From an uncultured Acidobacteriota bacterium (GTDB lineage Bacteria > Acidobacteriota > Thermoanaerobaculia > Gp7-AA8), in contig CAWGHO010000001.1 in NCBI GenBank assembly GCA_963822445.1, positions 1,280,001 to 1,344,000 on the forward strand: a stretch of DNA of 64,000 nt. The letters are read 5' to 3'. The notes beneath the pieces were generated by a model. It saw only the letters and a program-made list of their open reading frames with translations. It had not been told where the DNA came from and did not search any database. Numbering within the stretch: the stretch's first letter is position 1; each line of letters begins with the position of its first letter. This document shows positions 28,761-39,253 of the stretch, piece by piece. The translations under genes and the position numbers were made by a program.

Positions 28761-31164
28761 TACTTCAGCGTCCCCTCGAACAACTTCAAAATCCGCTCGA
28801 TACTCATCCGCCCAGCTCGTCGCTTCCACGAAGCTGTGGTCCTCCAGCGGGTACATCGCCACTTCCCAGTTCTCTTTGCGGAGCTCGATCAGGCGCTGGG
28901 CGAGGCGGACGGTGTCCTGGAAATGGACGTTCACGTCGATCATGCCGTGGCAGATCAGCAGGTGTCCTTTCAGCCCTTCCGCGAAGTAGATCGGGGACGA
29001 TTTCCGGTGCGCCTCGGGGTCGCCTTGAGGGGTGTTCAGGATGTTCGAGGTGTACGGGTGGTTGTAATGCGCCCAGTCCGTCACCGGCCGTAGCGCGGCG
29101 CCGGCGGCGAAGACGTCGGGCGTCGTGAACAGTGCCATCAGCGTGATGAAGCCGCCGTAGCTGCCGCCGTAGATCCCGATCCGTTTCGGGTCGACTTCGT
29201 GCTCGCTGGTCAGCCACTTCGCGCCGTCAACGTGATCGTTCAGATCCACGCCGCCCATGTGCCGGTAGATCGCGGTGCGCCAGTCGCGGCCGTAGCCGGC
29301 TGAGGCTCGGTAGTCGATGTCGAGGACGAGGTAGCCGCGCTCCATGAGGAGGTGGTGGAACATGTACTCGCGGTAGTAACTCGACCAGCCGCGATGCACG
29401 TTCTGCAGATAGCCGGCGCCGTGGACGAAGATCACCGCCGGGCCGCCGTTCCAGTTCGCCGGCTTGTAGATGCGGGCGGGAACGGATTTGCCGTCGCGCG
29501 CGGGGAAGTGAACGATGGGAACGTCGAGCCAGGGATAGGTCGCGAACTCCGGCGCATGCGAAGTCGTCACACGAACGCCACTGACATGAACCTCGGTCGG
29601 CCTGTTCGCGTACGAGTAGAGATCGGCGATCGTCTTCCCGTCCGGCGAGACCACCGCGTCGTGACAGACCGATCTCCGTCGTCAGCTTCGTCATCGCCCC
29701 GCCGCTGAGCGGCATGCGATACAGATGCATCTCGAACAGCGATTCCTTGCTCGCCTGGATGAGGAAGCTCTTCCGGTCACCGGCGAGCTGCACCTCGTCG
29801 ACTTCCTACTCTCCGCTCGTCAGCGCGCGCGGTTGCCCGCCCGCGAACGGCACGGTGTAGAGATGCATCCAGCCCGTTTTCTCGCTGATGAAGCAGACGT
29901 GCTGCGAATCGGGAACGAAGCCGATCCAGCCGTCGCTGAACCACTGCACCCAGGCGTCGTCGTGCTCGCGGAAGATCTCTCTTGTCTTTCCGGTGACGGG
30001 ATCGAAGGCCAGCAGCCAAAAGTCCTTGTTGTCGACCGCGCGAACCGGCAGGACCGCGGATTTGCCGTCGTCCGACCAGATTAGCGTCTCGATGTCGAGG
30101 TCGCGCGCTGGCGGCTCCTTGACCTCCGTCTTTTCGGCGGTGGCCTGCCCTTCCGTCTTCTCCTCGGTTTTCTGTTCCGCGGTTTTCTCTTCGGTCGTCG
30201 CCGACACTTCCTTCTTTTCGGGCTCGACCCGCTTCAGATCGTGCTTCAGCCAGTTCACCTTGCCGTCGATGGTGGAGATGCTGGCGAGCTTCGATGACGG
30301 CTGCGTGTCGCCGACTTTTCGCCGCGCCGGCAGATCGGTGGTGAAGCCCGTGTCGGTGACGTAGCTCGGGACGATGGTGCGCTTCCCTTCCTCCGACTCC
30401 ACGGCAATGAGGACGATCGCGTACTTGCGATCGGGCGTCAGTTCGGCTTCGCTGACGGACTCCCCCTTCTTCAACTTCAACGGTGCAATCGCGATCTCGG
30501 CCTTGCGCTTCGCGTCTTGTTCCTTCTTCTCCGCCGCGCGCCGCGTGAGCACGTCGCTCAGTTTCTTCGCCTCCTCGGCGATCCACTTCTGGCTGGCGGT
30601 CTTGTCCTTGTTCTCATCCTCGAACAGCGTGACGTGCGCGCCCTTCTCATCCGCGGCGACGACGTTCGTCACCTGCGTGAGCGAGCCATCGGTCAGCGAC
30701 ACGAGAAAGAGATTGTTGCGGCGGACGAAGGTCACGGCCTTGTCGTCGTGCGTGAACCGCGCGCTCGATTCCCCCTCGGTCGTATCGGTCAACGCGCGAC
30801 GTTTGCCGGCGGCGCTGTCGTAGAGAAACACGTCGCCGCCATCGGTGTAGACCGCCATGCGGCGATCGCGGGTCCAGTCGCCGCGCGTCGGCGGAGCATG
30901 CTTCGCCTCTTCGTCGGTGAGCTTGCGCAAGCCCTTGCCGTCGCGGCCGACGACGTACGTTTCGTAGTTCTCCTCGATCGGATCGGTGTGCTGCTTCCAG
31001 TCAAAGTAGACGAGCTTCGAATCGTGGGACCAGCGCAGGGTTCGTGGCGTGTAGCCGGCCAGGTTCGGCCCGCGCATGATCGTGTCGACCGAGAGCTGAA
31101 GCCGCTCCTGGCCGATCAGCGAGAGCGAGATGAGGAGTGTCGCGGCGATGAGCAGGCGTCTCAT
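28760..31164 (-). pseudogene. S9 (DPP IV-like) prolyl oligopeptidase, disrupted as read: in-frame TAG at 29806-29808 and frameshifts near 29664 and 28800
   Basis: Signal peptide, DPP IV N-terminal propeller, HGAGYLQNV, catalytic GGSYGG, D (DVNVHF) and H (EDHSF). Repaired C-terminus [12 protein letters not shown]. May be intact in vivo. Confidence 0.8.
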
Positions 31165-31191
31165 GGGACGCGGATCATAAACGCGCGACGG

Positions 31192-33111
31192 CTATTTGAA
31201 GACGGCGCTGGCCCGCTCGTCGGCGAGGATTTTCGTGAACGTTTTATTGAGCTCGGGCAGTGACTCCTTCGCGACGAAGTACGTCTGCAACGCGTACCGC
31301 CGCTTGTACCGAAGGACACCGTCCTTGAACTCCGACTGGCTGGAGTAGGCAACGGCGGGTGTGGTCACCGTCACCGCGGCGGGCAGCTCATCGAGCTTGA
31401 ACGACGGCGCAATCGCGATCTCGACTTCATCGGTCTGCACCGACGGACCCTCGGTGACGTACCCGTAGTCGCGCTCGGCCATGTCGACGATGGTCTCCGG
31501 CTTCTGACCCAGCACCCGCGGGCGGACGAGCAACATGTCCGCGACCTTGCGGGCATACCCCTTCGCCGTAATCCCGTAGCGGATGATGAGATCGGTCTCG
31601 GCATCATCGACGTTCTCGATGGCGATGCCGCTGGCCGAGTAGTTGGTCAGATGGGCGGAGAGGACCGACTCGACGTAACGAACGCGCTCGTTCGTGTTCA
31701 TGGCCTGCAGTGCCGATCGCATTTCCGCGGCGATGCGGCCGGTGCGGATCTCCTCGATCTTTCCGCTGAGCGTCCCCTCGGCATCCAGGGCCAGGGCCGC
31801 CTTCCGCCGCAGTTGATTGGCGTCCGCCGCATGTGCGGGCATGGCAATCAGCTCACCGCCGGCCGGCGTCACGAGAAGGCCGCGGCCGTCCTGCAGGTAC
31901 GACGGCAGGTAGCCGTACGGCGTGGTCGTGCTGGTGGGATCGAAGAGCAGGAGCTTGCCGAGCTTCGGATGATCGATCGTCGCGTGAGCCTTCTCCGGCG
32001 CGGCGATGGCCAGAATCACGTGATTGAACGAGCCCAGGGTCGGGACCTGCGGATCGACGACGCCGCGCGTGGTGTGGACCAGGACGTAATGCGAATCGAC
32101 GCCGATCTCCTTCAGCATCGTCTTGAGCAGCGTCGCCTTGTCCTTGCAGTCGCCGTATTTGTTGCGGAAGACGTCGCCGGCGGCGTGCGGCTGATATCCG
32201 CCGATGCCGACTTCGATGGCGACGTACCGTACGTCTTTCTGCGCGAAGCGCGCGAGCGCGCGAATCGACTCCGGACTCGCCCCTGCTTTCGCGACCTCTC
32301 GCACCTTGGTCTGAATCTCAGGCGTCGCCGCAAGGCGCGGTGATGCGAGACCCCAATACCACTTCGCGAGGTCGTTCCATGACCGCTGGGCGCTGCCCGC
32401 TTCCGCGCTGAGCGCCGGCGGGATGAAGATCAGGCCGACGCGGCCCGCCAGCGAGGCATAGCTCGGCATGCGCGGCTCGAAATCGATGGCCGGTATGTCG
32501 CGAAGATCCCAGACGGCGTTCGCGGACTCCACCGGTTTGAAGTTCGCCCAGCGCGCGTCGTACGTCCACCCCGTTGGGAGCGCCAGTTGGAGCCGCGCAT
32601 TGAGCACCGGGATGTCTTCCTGAAAGTGCCAGACCGACTGCAGCAGGTACGGCCGCTTGCGCTGCGAATACTCGTAGGCGATCGTGCTGCCGGGCTCACC
32701 GCTGGGGATGCGCAGGTACTTCGCGCGGGAGTCGGAGTACAGCTCGCCGTCGAACGGTGAGGTCTCGACGGCGTCCTTCTCCTTGACCTCGTACTCGTTG
32801 CCTTTTGCGTCGATGGCCCAGCCGCGGAAAGACGTCAGCTTCGTGTCGTTGTCGAAGTACACCGATGCGTACGCGTAGTCACGACCGGCGTCGCTTTGCA
32901 CGCGCACGACGCGGCGATAACGCGTGGTGATGTCCCCCGCGGCGGCGACGGTCAGCACGGTCTCGTCGAGCAGAACGACGGCTTTCGCGCTCTTCGCCGA
33001 CTCGGGCATGGTCGCTGGAATTGCCGCTTTGACCCAGGCCGGCACAGCCGCGTAGGCGGCGCACGATCCGGCGATGGCGAGCGCAAAGGCAAGGACGCGC
33101 GTCATCGTCAT
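31192..33111 (-). CDS. DUF3857 + transglutaminase-like (+DUF3858) protein with intact Cys-His-Asp triad
   Basis: VRYVAIEVGIGGYQPH, YGDCKDKA, FNHVI and LFDPT; signal peptide. Confidence 0.85.
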   Translation of the reverse strand: MTMTRVLAFALAIAGSCAAYAAVPAWVKAAIPATMPESAKSAKAVVLLDETVLTVAAAGDITTRYRRVVRVQSDAGRDYAYASVYFDNDTKLTSFRGWAIDAKGNEYEVKEKDAVETSPFDGELYSDSRAKYLRIPSGEPGSTIAYEYSQRKRPYLLQSVWHFQEDIPVLNARLQLALPTGWTYDARWANFKPVESANAVWDLRDIPAIDFEPRMPSYASLAGRVGLIFIPPALSAEAGSAQRSWNDLAKWYWGLASPRLAATPEIQTKVREVAKAGASPESIRALARFAQKDVRYVAIEVGIGGYQPHAAGDVFRNKYGDCKDKATLLKTMLKEIGVDSHYVLVHTTRGVVDPQVPTLGSFNHVILAIAAPEKAHATIDHPKLGKLLLFDPTSTTTPYGYLPSYLQDGRGLLVTPAGGELIAMPAHAADANQLRRKAALALDAEGTLSGKIEEIRTGRIAAEMRSALQAMNTNERVRYVESVLSAHLTNYSASGIAIENVDDAETDLIIRYGITAKGYARKVADMLLVRPRVLGQKPETIVDMAERDYGYVTEGPSVQTDEVEIAIAPSFKLDELPAAVTVTTPAVAYSSQSEFKDGVLRYKRRYALQTYFVAKESLPELNKTFTKILADERASAVFK

Positions 33112-35054
33112 TCCTTCGCCACCAGCACCAGCGGCTCCTGATCGGCCGTCAGCATGGCGCCGTAGAAGCTGCGGAGGGCGTTGTAATTCTTGACGTCGAC
33201 GAGCATCACGTTGACGAACATCGAGCGCTTGAAAGTGACTGAGTTGCCGTCGGCCGTCCCCTTACTGACGTAGCCGAACGCGCCGGCCTTCAGATCGTAG
33301 CCGGACGGAACGGCGGAGACGCGCAGCGAGTCAGGGATGGTGACCTTCACCTCGTCTGATTCCGTACGCGGGTATTGAAAGTAAATCGAATTGACGCGCG
33401 CGGTCGGTGCAAAGGGATTGCGATTGTTCGCGGCGAACACGGACATCGGCACAAGGGTGCGCGAGCCGGCGCTGGAAACGAGATTCGGCAGGGACACGTC
33501 GAACGTGGCCACCAGCGGCTCGTCGAACGAGGTCGCTCCGGTGAGGCTCTTCAGCTTCACGCTGGCACCCTCGGCGAACCAGCCCTTCGCTTCCTCCTCG
33601 AACGACTTCCGGCGCGTCTCTTCGTCGCCCGTGAGCGTGCGCAGCCGGCGAAGCAGTGCTTCCTGCCCGGTGAACGTCGTGACGATCGTTCCATCGAGCG
33701 TCTCGCCGTTGATCCGGAGATCGGCGCGGCGTTTCATCGTCGAAGACTCAGGATCGAGCTGCGGCACTTCCACCCACTGCGGATCCGGTCCCTTCGACGC
33801 GCGGACGCCACGAACGCCCGACTTCTCCCACGACAGCATGCCGAAAGGCGCGTGCGGCGTCCCCGGATCGAGGAACAGCACCCGGCCGTCGATCGTGACC
33901 GTCGCGACCTCGGCATTCATCTGACCGGCGTCGGGAATCACTTCGGCGAAAAAGGTCTCGTCCCTCGGGGCGACGCGTACCACCTCGGACTGCAGTCCCG
34001 CCGCACGAGCGATGGCCACGAACGTGCGATTGATCTCGTCGCGAAATCCGGCACCCTTCTTCAGCACCTCGGCCACATTGCGCGCCTCGCTCAGCGCTTC
34101 CTTGCGCACTTCCTGATCGCTCTTGTCGATCTCGAAGCTGTAGTTGCGCAATTTCTGAACGTGCGCGTAGACCTTCTTCGCCGTCTCGGTGGGATTGGAT
34201 CCCGCGAGCTGCTGGGCCACGCTCTTCGCCTCGCCAGCCTTGCCGAGGAAATCCTCGGTCCGTTTGCTCCAGCTCTTCGACTCGACGCTCCAGAACTCGG
34301 CCGGCTTGATCCGGCTGCTCGTGTAATAGAAGTTCACGAACGACTTGAGCTGCTGTTCCGGAAGGGAGAACGCTTCTGACTGATACGCGGGGATGTTCGT
34401 GAGCTCGAGCTCGTATCGATCGCCGACCTTGACCGGCTTCTTGCCCTCGGGGAGTCCGAGGTAGGTGAAGTAGCTTTGATATTCGCCTTGCGAGTCGTAG
34501 GGCTGGAGCGTCAGCTTCGCGTGCAGGACGGGGATGTCGGATTGCAGTGACCACTGCGTGTTGAGCAGCATCGCGTCCGACCAGCGGCGCGTGAATCGAT
34601 ACTCGATGATGCTGCCGGCCTGCACGTCGGGAAGACTGAACGTCTTCGCCTTCAGAGCGGTCCGTCCGACCTTGAAGACGACCTTGTCGTAGACCTTCCC
34701 GGTGAACGGAACGATCGTGCCGTCGGGCCGGATGGTGCGCGCGTCGATCTCGGTGACCCGCCCGCGATACGGATACGCCGGCATGTACGTGATCTCGACG
34801 TCGCCGTACTTCTTCCCTTCCTCCGTGAAGATCTTGACCCGGACGTACTCCGAAGAAAATGAGTTCGTGTCGTCGTCGACGCGCACCCAGTCGAGGATCG
34901 CCGCCGATGCGCCGGGCGCGTTCGGCGCGCTCGTCATCGCCTTTTCCTCGGCAGTGGCAGGACGGAAATCCTGACTCTTCGAGTAGGCGCCATAGATGTT
35001 GGCTGTGAACAGAAACACGACGACTGCGACGGCGTGCTGCACGCGCTTGGACAT
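33108..35054 (-). CDS. DUF3857/transglutaminase-like paralogue lacking the catalytic Cys and His
   Basis: KTFSLPDVQAGSIIEY and WSLQSDIPV. GAGFRDEIN sits at the GDCKD position; FLDPG is retained. Start at ATG 35054. Confidence 0.8.
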   Translation of the reverse strand: MSKRVQHAVAVVVFLFTANIYGAYSKSQDFRPATAEEKAMTSAPNAPGASAAILDWVRVDDDTNSFSSEYVRVKIFTEEGKKYGDVEITYMPAYPYRGRVTEIDARTIRPDGTIVPFTGKVYDKVVFKVGRTALKAKTFSLPDVQAGSIIEYRFTRRWSDAMLLNTQWSLQSDIPVLHAKLTLQPYDSQGEYQSYFTYLGLPEGKKPVKVGDRYELELTNIPAYQSEAFSLPEQQLKSFVNFYYTSSRIKPAEFWSVESKSWSKRTEDFLGKAGEAKSVAQQLAGSNPTETAKKVYAHVQKLRNYSFEIDKSDQEVRKEALSEARNVAEVLKKGAGFRDEINRTFVAIARAAGLQSEVVRVAPRDETFFAEVIPDAGQMNAEVATVTIDGRVLFLDPGTPHAPFGMLSWEKSGVRGVRASKGPDPQWVEVPQLDPESSTMKRRADLRINGETLDGTIVTTFTGQEALLRRLRTLTGDEETRRKSFEEEAKGWFAEGASVKLKSLTGATSFDEPLVATFDVSLPNLVSSAGSRTLVPMSVFAANNRNPFAPTARVNSIYFQYPRTESDEVKVTIPDSLRVSAVPSGYDLKAGAFGYVSKGTADGNSVTFKRSMFVNVMLVDVKNYNALRSFYGAMLTADQEPLVLVAKE

Positions 35055-35091
35055 GAAAAGCCTCTTGCTGGGTTGGTGGACTGCCTGCCAC

Positions 35092-36015
35092 TCAATGCCG
35101 GTCGGCAGGTGGGACATTCCAGACAATTCGCCAGATCGAGCCCTCGGCTCCCTGCCGGAGGACGTGCTGGCGCAAGGCATGGTTCATCACCCCGGAGTCG
35201 AGCAGAACCAGCTCGTCCGCATTGGTCGGTTCGGCGAGGGAGCCGCCGATCGCCCGCACAGCCTCATCCACAGTGCGGTCATGCAGCGCGGCGATCGTCT
35301 CCGAAACCGGTTTTTCGGGATTGACCTCATGCGCGGCCGCCAGCGCACAGCCGCGGAGGAGGAACGTCTCGCAGTTCTGCTGCTGAAACCACTCCAGGGC
35401 CGCGGTCAGTGTCGCGACGTGCCACTGGCGGTGCTTGCGATAGATCTTCGAGATCGCCCGGTTGCGCTCGCCGGCCGGCTTGTAGACATTCGGCTGTACT
35501 TCCCAGATCAGCGCCACGTTGCGAGCACTGTCGAATGTGGCCGAGGTTTCACCGACTGAGCCGGGGATGGTGTGCTGTTGCCCTTCGGCCTGGCCGATGG
35601 CGATGGCATCGCCGAGATCGCCGGCGACGATGTCGAAGGAGAGCGTGTCGATCCGGCCGCCGTAATGCGCGTTGCGGCCGAGGATGAGGATGCCGTTGGC
35701 GATGTCGGCGATTGGAATCGCGGCGCCCGAGGCGCGACCTTCAGCTTCTCGCGGATGCCACAGGCTGGGAGTGGGCTTGCGCTCCAGCCATCGCGGGTGA
35801 TTGCGGCGGAGAAAGCGCTCCACGACTCGCGCGCGGATGGTCAGCGTGTCCTCCGGCTGCAGCATGGATGCGGACGCGACTGTCTCCGCCAGATCGGCGA
35901 AAACGTCCAGGACCTCGTCGCCCATCGAGATGTACAGGTCGTACAGAGCGGCCTTCGTGTCGGCGCGGACGGCGTACTGGGTCAGGATCGCTTCGATGTG
36001 GGAAGGGAACGGCAT
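35092..36015 (-). CDS. Hypothetical cytoplasmic protein
   Basis: 307-codon ORF with host-like codon use and no signal peptide. Confidence 0.7.
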   Translation of the reverse strand: MPFPSHIEAILTQYAVRADTKAALYDLYISMGDEVLDVFADLAETVASASMLQPEDTLTIRARVVERFLRRNHPRWLERKPTPSLWHPREAEGRASGAAIPIADIANGILILGRNAHYGGRIDTLSFDIVAGDLGDAIAIGQAEGQQHTIPGSVGETSATFDSARNVALIWEVQPNVYKPAGERNRAISKIYRKHRQWHVATLTAALEWFQQQNCETFLLRGCALAAAHEVNPEKPVSETIAALHDRTVDEAVRAIGGSLAEPTNADELVLLDSGVMNHALRQHVLRQGAEGSIWRIVWNVPPADRH

Positions 36016-36071
36016 CTCCGAGTTATTATGACCGTACCTCAGCACCGGTCCCGAAAGGTCTTATCCCAATC

Positions 36072-38039
36072 ATGCGTCGAACGATCCTTGCCACACTCGT
36101 GGTGTGTCTGCTCTTTCCGCAGTTTGCTTCCGCAAACTGCACATTCGGTCTACTGTCCGAAGTTGAGTCGCCGACCGGCGACAACCCCGGCAGATTCACC
36201 GTGGCTGATTTCAACGGAGACACATACCCCGACGTGGCCGCGGTGAGGCTTCAGTCAGGAAGCGTCGCCATCCTCCTGGGCACGGGCACGGCCACCTTTC
36301 AGGCACCGACGTTGGTAGACGTCATTTATGTCGTCTCCGGGATCGGTGGCATCACCTCGGCCGACTTGAACTCCGATGGAGACATGGACCTCATCGTTCT
36401 CGCCGGTGGCAAGACGATGGTGAGGCTGGGCAATGGCGACGGCACATTTACGGCCGGCGACGACGAACAGGTCGGTCAACAGGCCGACATCGTTTCCGGC
36501 GACTTCAATTCCGATGGGAATCTCGATTTCGCGGTCTCGAGACAGAACTCGGCCGGGTTCAACCTGCTCCTCGGCGACGGCGCCGGCAACATCACTCAGA
36601 AATCGCTGAATGACGTACCCAAGGATCCGGGCCCGGGTGCGTGGGTGGACGGAATCGCCGCGGGAGACTTCGACGACGACGGCAAACTCGACGTAGCGGT
36701 CAGCGACATGATCAACGACAAGGTCTGGGTTTACTTCGGCATCGGAGACGGCACGTTCACGAGAAGCCTCACGCCGATCGTCACGACCACCGAACCGGAC
36801 CATCAACCCGGTTCTCTCGTGAGCGCCGACTTCAACGGCGACGGCAACGCCGATCTCGCGGTGGCCAATTTCGATCCTTACGGGAACGTCGCGGCGCCGT
36901 CGCTGTCGATCGTACTCAGTAACGGCGATCGGACATTCGCGTCTCCAGTGCCGTACGGCTCCATCAGCCAGTCCCGGCAAGTCATCACTCACGATGTCGA
37001 CGGAGACTCGATCCTCGATGTGCTCGTGGCGGGAAGCTATCAGCTCTATGTCTTCCGCGGACTCGGGAACGGCACGTTCGCCACGCAAACGCCCATCAAC
37101 ACCGGCGGTGGCAACCTGGGCCTGGGGATTCTCGATGCCGACCGTGATGGAGGCGCTGACGTCGCGGTCTCCCATCACAGCGACGACACGATCGGCGTTT
37201 TCCTGAACACCTGCGGCCAGGTGAATCTCGAACTGATCTCCTCGGCCAACCCCGCATCACACGGCAACAGCTTCACCATCACCACGTCGCTCACTTCCAA
37301 TCCGGGCGCAACGGGAACGCTCACGCTGTCGCGCACCGGCGGAGGAACGCTGGGATCGACGAATCTGAGCGCCGCGACGGGCGTCAGCGCGACGCAGATG
37401 CTGCCGATAGGCACTTATGAATACGTCGCGACGTACAGCGGTGACTCGCGCTTCTCCGCCGCGACGCGAACGCTCATCCAGACCGTGCAGACCGCGCCGT
37501 TCGGCCCTCCGCCGGGACTCGTTGCGACCAGCACCGGCGGCAGCGTGCAGCTGACCTGGTACGCAACCAGCGGAACGGCCAAGTACGAGATCTGGCGCCA
37601 GGGCAGTCTGGGGTCGTTCCAGGTCGGCGAGACGACCAACACTTTCTTCACCGACGACGCCCCGCCCTCGAGCGCGTTCGTTTACTGGGTCCGCGCGATC
37701 TCGCCGACGAACATCGCCTCGGACAACAGCTCGGACTTCACCATCACCCACGCGTTCACGGACGAGAACATCATCGCCGGCGCGACGCTGGTGAAGGGTG
37801 TGCACATGACCGAGGTGCGGAACGCGGCCAATGCCCTGCGGTCTCTGGCGGGAGTTCCCGCAGCAGCGTGGACCAGCTCGACGGTCGTGCTGGCCGCACA
37901 GTTCAACGAGGTCCGCACGGCGATCAATCAGGCGCGGACGGCACTCGGCTTCAGCGCGGCCACATTTACCGACACGCTGACCCCGGGAGTGGCGATCAAG
38001 GGCATCCACATGATGGAGCTGCGCGCGGCGATGCGATGA
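36072..38039 (+). CDS. Secreted FG-GAP/VCBS repeat + Ig-like + FN3-like protein, paralogue 1
   Basis: Signal peptide MRRTILATLVVCLLFPQFASA, about seven ADFNGDG-type repeats, YSGDSRF Ig domain and a helical three-repeat C-terminus. Confidence 0.85.
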   Translation: MRRTILATLVVCLLFPQFASANCTFGLLSEVESPTGDNPGRFTVADFNGDTYPDVAAVRLQSGSVAILLGTGTATFQAPTLVDVIYVVSGIGGITSADLNSDGDMDLIVLAGGKTMVRLGNGDGTFTAGDDEQVGQQADIVSGDFNSDGNLDFAVSRQNSAGFNLLLGDGAGNITQKSLNDVPKDPGPGAWVDGIAAGDFDDDGKLDVAVSDMINDKVWVYFGIGDGTFTRSLTPIVTTTEPDHQPGSLVSADFNGDGNADLAVANFDPYGNVAAPSLSIVLSNGDRTFASPVPYGSISQSRQVITHDVDGDSILDVLVAGSYQLYVFRGLGNGTFATQTPINTGGGNLGLGILDADRDGGADVAVSHHSDDTIGVFLNTCGQVNLELISSANPASHGNSFTITTSLTSNPGATGTLTLSRTGGGTLGSTNLSAATGVSATQMLPIGTYEYVATYSGDSRFSAATRTLIQTVQTAPFGPPPGLVATSTGGSVQLTWYATSGTAKYEIWRQGSLGSFQVGETTNTFFTDDAPPSSAFVYWVRAISPTNIASDNSSDFTITHAFTDENIIAGATLVKGVHMTEVRNAANALRSLAGVPAAAWTSSTVVLAAQFNEVRTAINQARTALGFSAATFTDTLTPGVAIKGIHMMELRAAMR

Positions 38040-38043
38040 GGGC

Positions 38044-38538
38044 CTAGGGATTCAGCGCCGCCCAGTCGACCTGCTCGAGAAACACGATCCGCAACTGCGT
38101 CAGGTTGTCGGTGGTGATATTGACGCGGTACAGGCGGGCGGCAGGGTCCGCGGGCTCATTGGTCAGTGCGCAGCGGAAGCTGATTCCGCCGCTGCAGTTG
38201 CGGTCGCGGCGGCCGATGCGGATGGAATGCTCGCGCTGGCCGGGCGCGCCGGCCGCCGGGAAGGTGAATTCGAGATCGAGCAGTGCAACGCCGAACGGGT
38301 GCTGCTCGTCGAAGCGAATCTCGTAGTCGCCGCCGACCACGTGGATGGAGTTGAAGGCCATGGCCTTTCTCAACTCGTCGCTGATCGTGAAGTCGTCCGG
38401 CTCGTTGAACGGAATCGCCGCGCGCGCGCCGGCGGTTGCGGTGGCCGTCGCCGGCGGCGGCGTTGAATCGGAGGGCTGGGTGGTCGTGCAGGCGACGAGG
38501 GACAGGGCGATCAGCAGCGGACCGACGATGTGTTTCAT
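38044..38538 (-). CDS. Hypothetical lipoprotein
   Basis: MKHIVGPLLIALSLVAC lipobox followed by a Pro/Thr/Ala linker. Confidence 0.7.
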   Translation of the reverse strand: MKHIVGPLLIALSLVACTTTQPSDSTPPPATATATAGARAAIPFNEPDDFTISDELRKAMAFNSIHVVGGDYEIRFDEQHPFGVALLDLEFTFPAAGAPGQREHSIRIGRRDRNCSGGISFRCALTNEPADPAARLYRVNITTDNLTQLRIVFLEQVDWAALNP

Positions 38539-38646
38539 GAAGGGATAGTGAGCAATCCCCTCATTTCGTTTCAAAAAACGAAGGGAGGGGGCCGCGAATG
38601 GGGTTGATCGCGGGTGCACCGACGTTGGAACGAGCGGATCCGGAGA

Positions 38647-38979
38647 TCACGTGAGATCGCGCCACGAAAGCGTGTGGACCTCGCCGCTCTTAACATCAGG
38701 AAGCATCTTCAACAGCGTGGGGACAAGCTCCCGAAGGTGGCGCAGACGTGCCGACCGTGCTCTCAAGACGACAACGCCGATTTTGAAGCGCACGACGTGC
38801 TGCTGGAAAGAGAGATTCTTGTCCGTTGTCACGAGAACATCGAAGTTCTGTTCTGCCCGTCTGAGCAACGCGCCGTTGACGGTCTCGGTCCATCCCATCT
38901 GGCGCACCGTCTTTACGTCGTGGCTCGGCAGGTCTCGAAGAAGGCGCCAATCGACACACTCGTCGATCAGTATCCTCAT
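38647..38979 (-). CDS. DUF5615 PIN-like toxin (VapC45-type)
   Basis: MRILIDECV, HDVKTV..MGW and FDVLVTTDKNL..Q; overlaps the upstream antitoxin stop by 4 nt. Confidence 0.85.
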   Translation of the reverse strand: MRILIDECVDWRLLRDLPSHDVKTVRQMGWTETVNGALLRRAEQNFDVLVTTDKNLSFQQHVVRFKIGVVVLRARSARLRHLRELVPTLLKMLPDVKSGEVHTLSWRDLT

Positions 38980-39188
38980 CCTGCTTCTGCCAGGACGCGC
39001 GCCTTGGTTTCCTCGAGAAACGTGATCACCTGCTCGCGGCTGACGGAAGGAAAGCCTTCGAGAAAGTCCTCGATCGACTCGCCGCCTTCCAGATAATCAA
39101 GAAGGTTCTCGATCGGAACACGCGTTCCGGCGAAGACAGGAGTACCGCCCATCACTTCAGGCGAAGACGCAACGACCGTGCTCTTCAT
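38976..39188 (-). CDS. DUF433 antitoxin
   Basis: PEVMGGTPVFAGTRVP...GESIEDFLEGFPSVSREQV. Confidence 0.92.
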   Translation of the reverse strand: MKSTVVASSPEVMGGTPVFAGTRVPIENLLDYLEGGESIEDFLEGFPSVSREQVITFLEETKARVLAEAG

Positions 39189-39253
39189 CAGCCAAGTATC
39201 GCCAGTTTCGCAAGTGATGCAACCGGGTGTAGGTGCAGCTCAGGCGATAGCCG

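Noticed and set aside
29806-29808. In-frame TAG as pyrrolysine or stop-codon recoding
   Set aside because: The position is a typical Trp site, TAG ends many other genes here, no pyl genes are present, and the same gene has two frameshifts.
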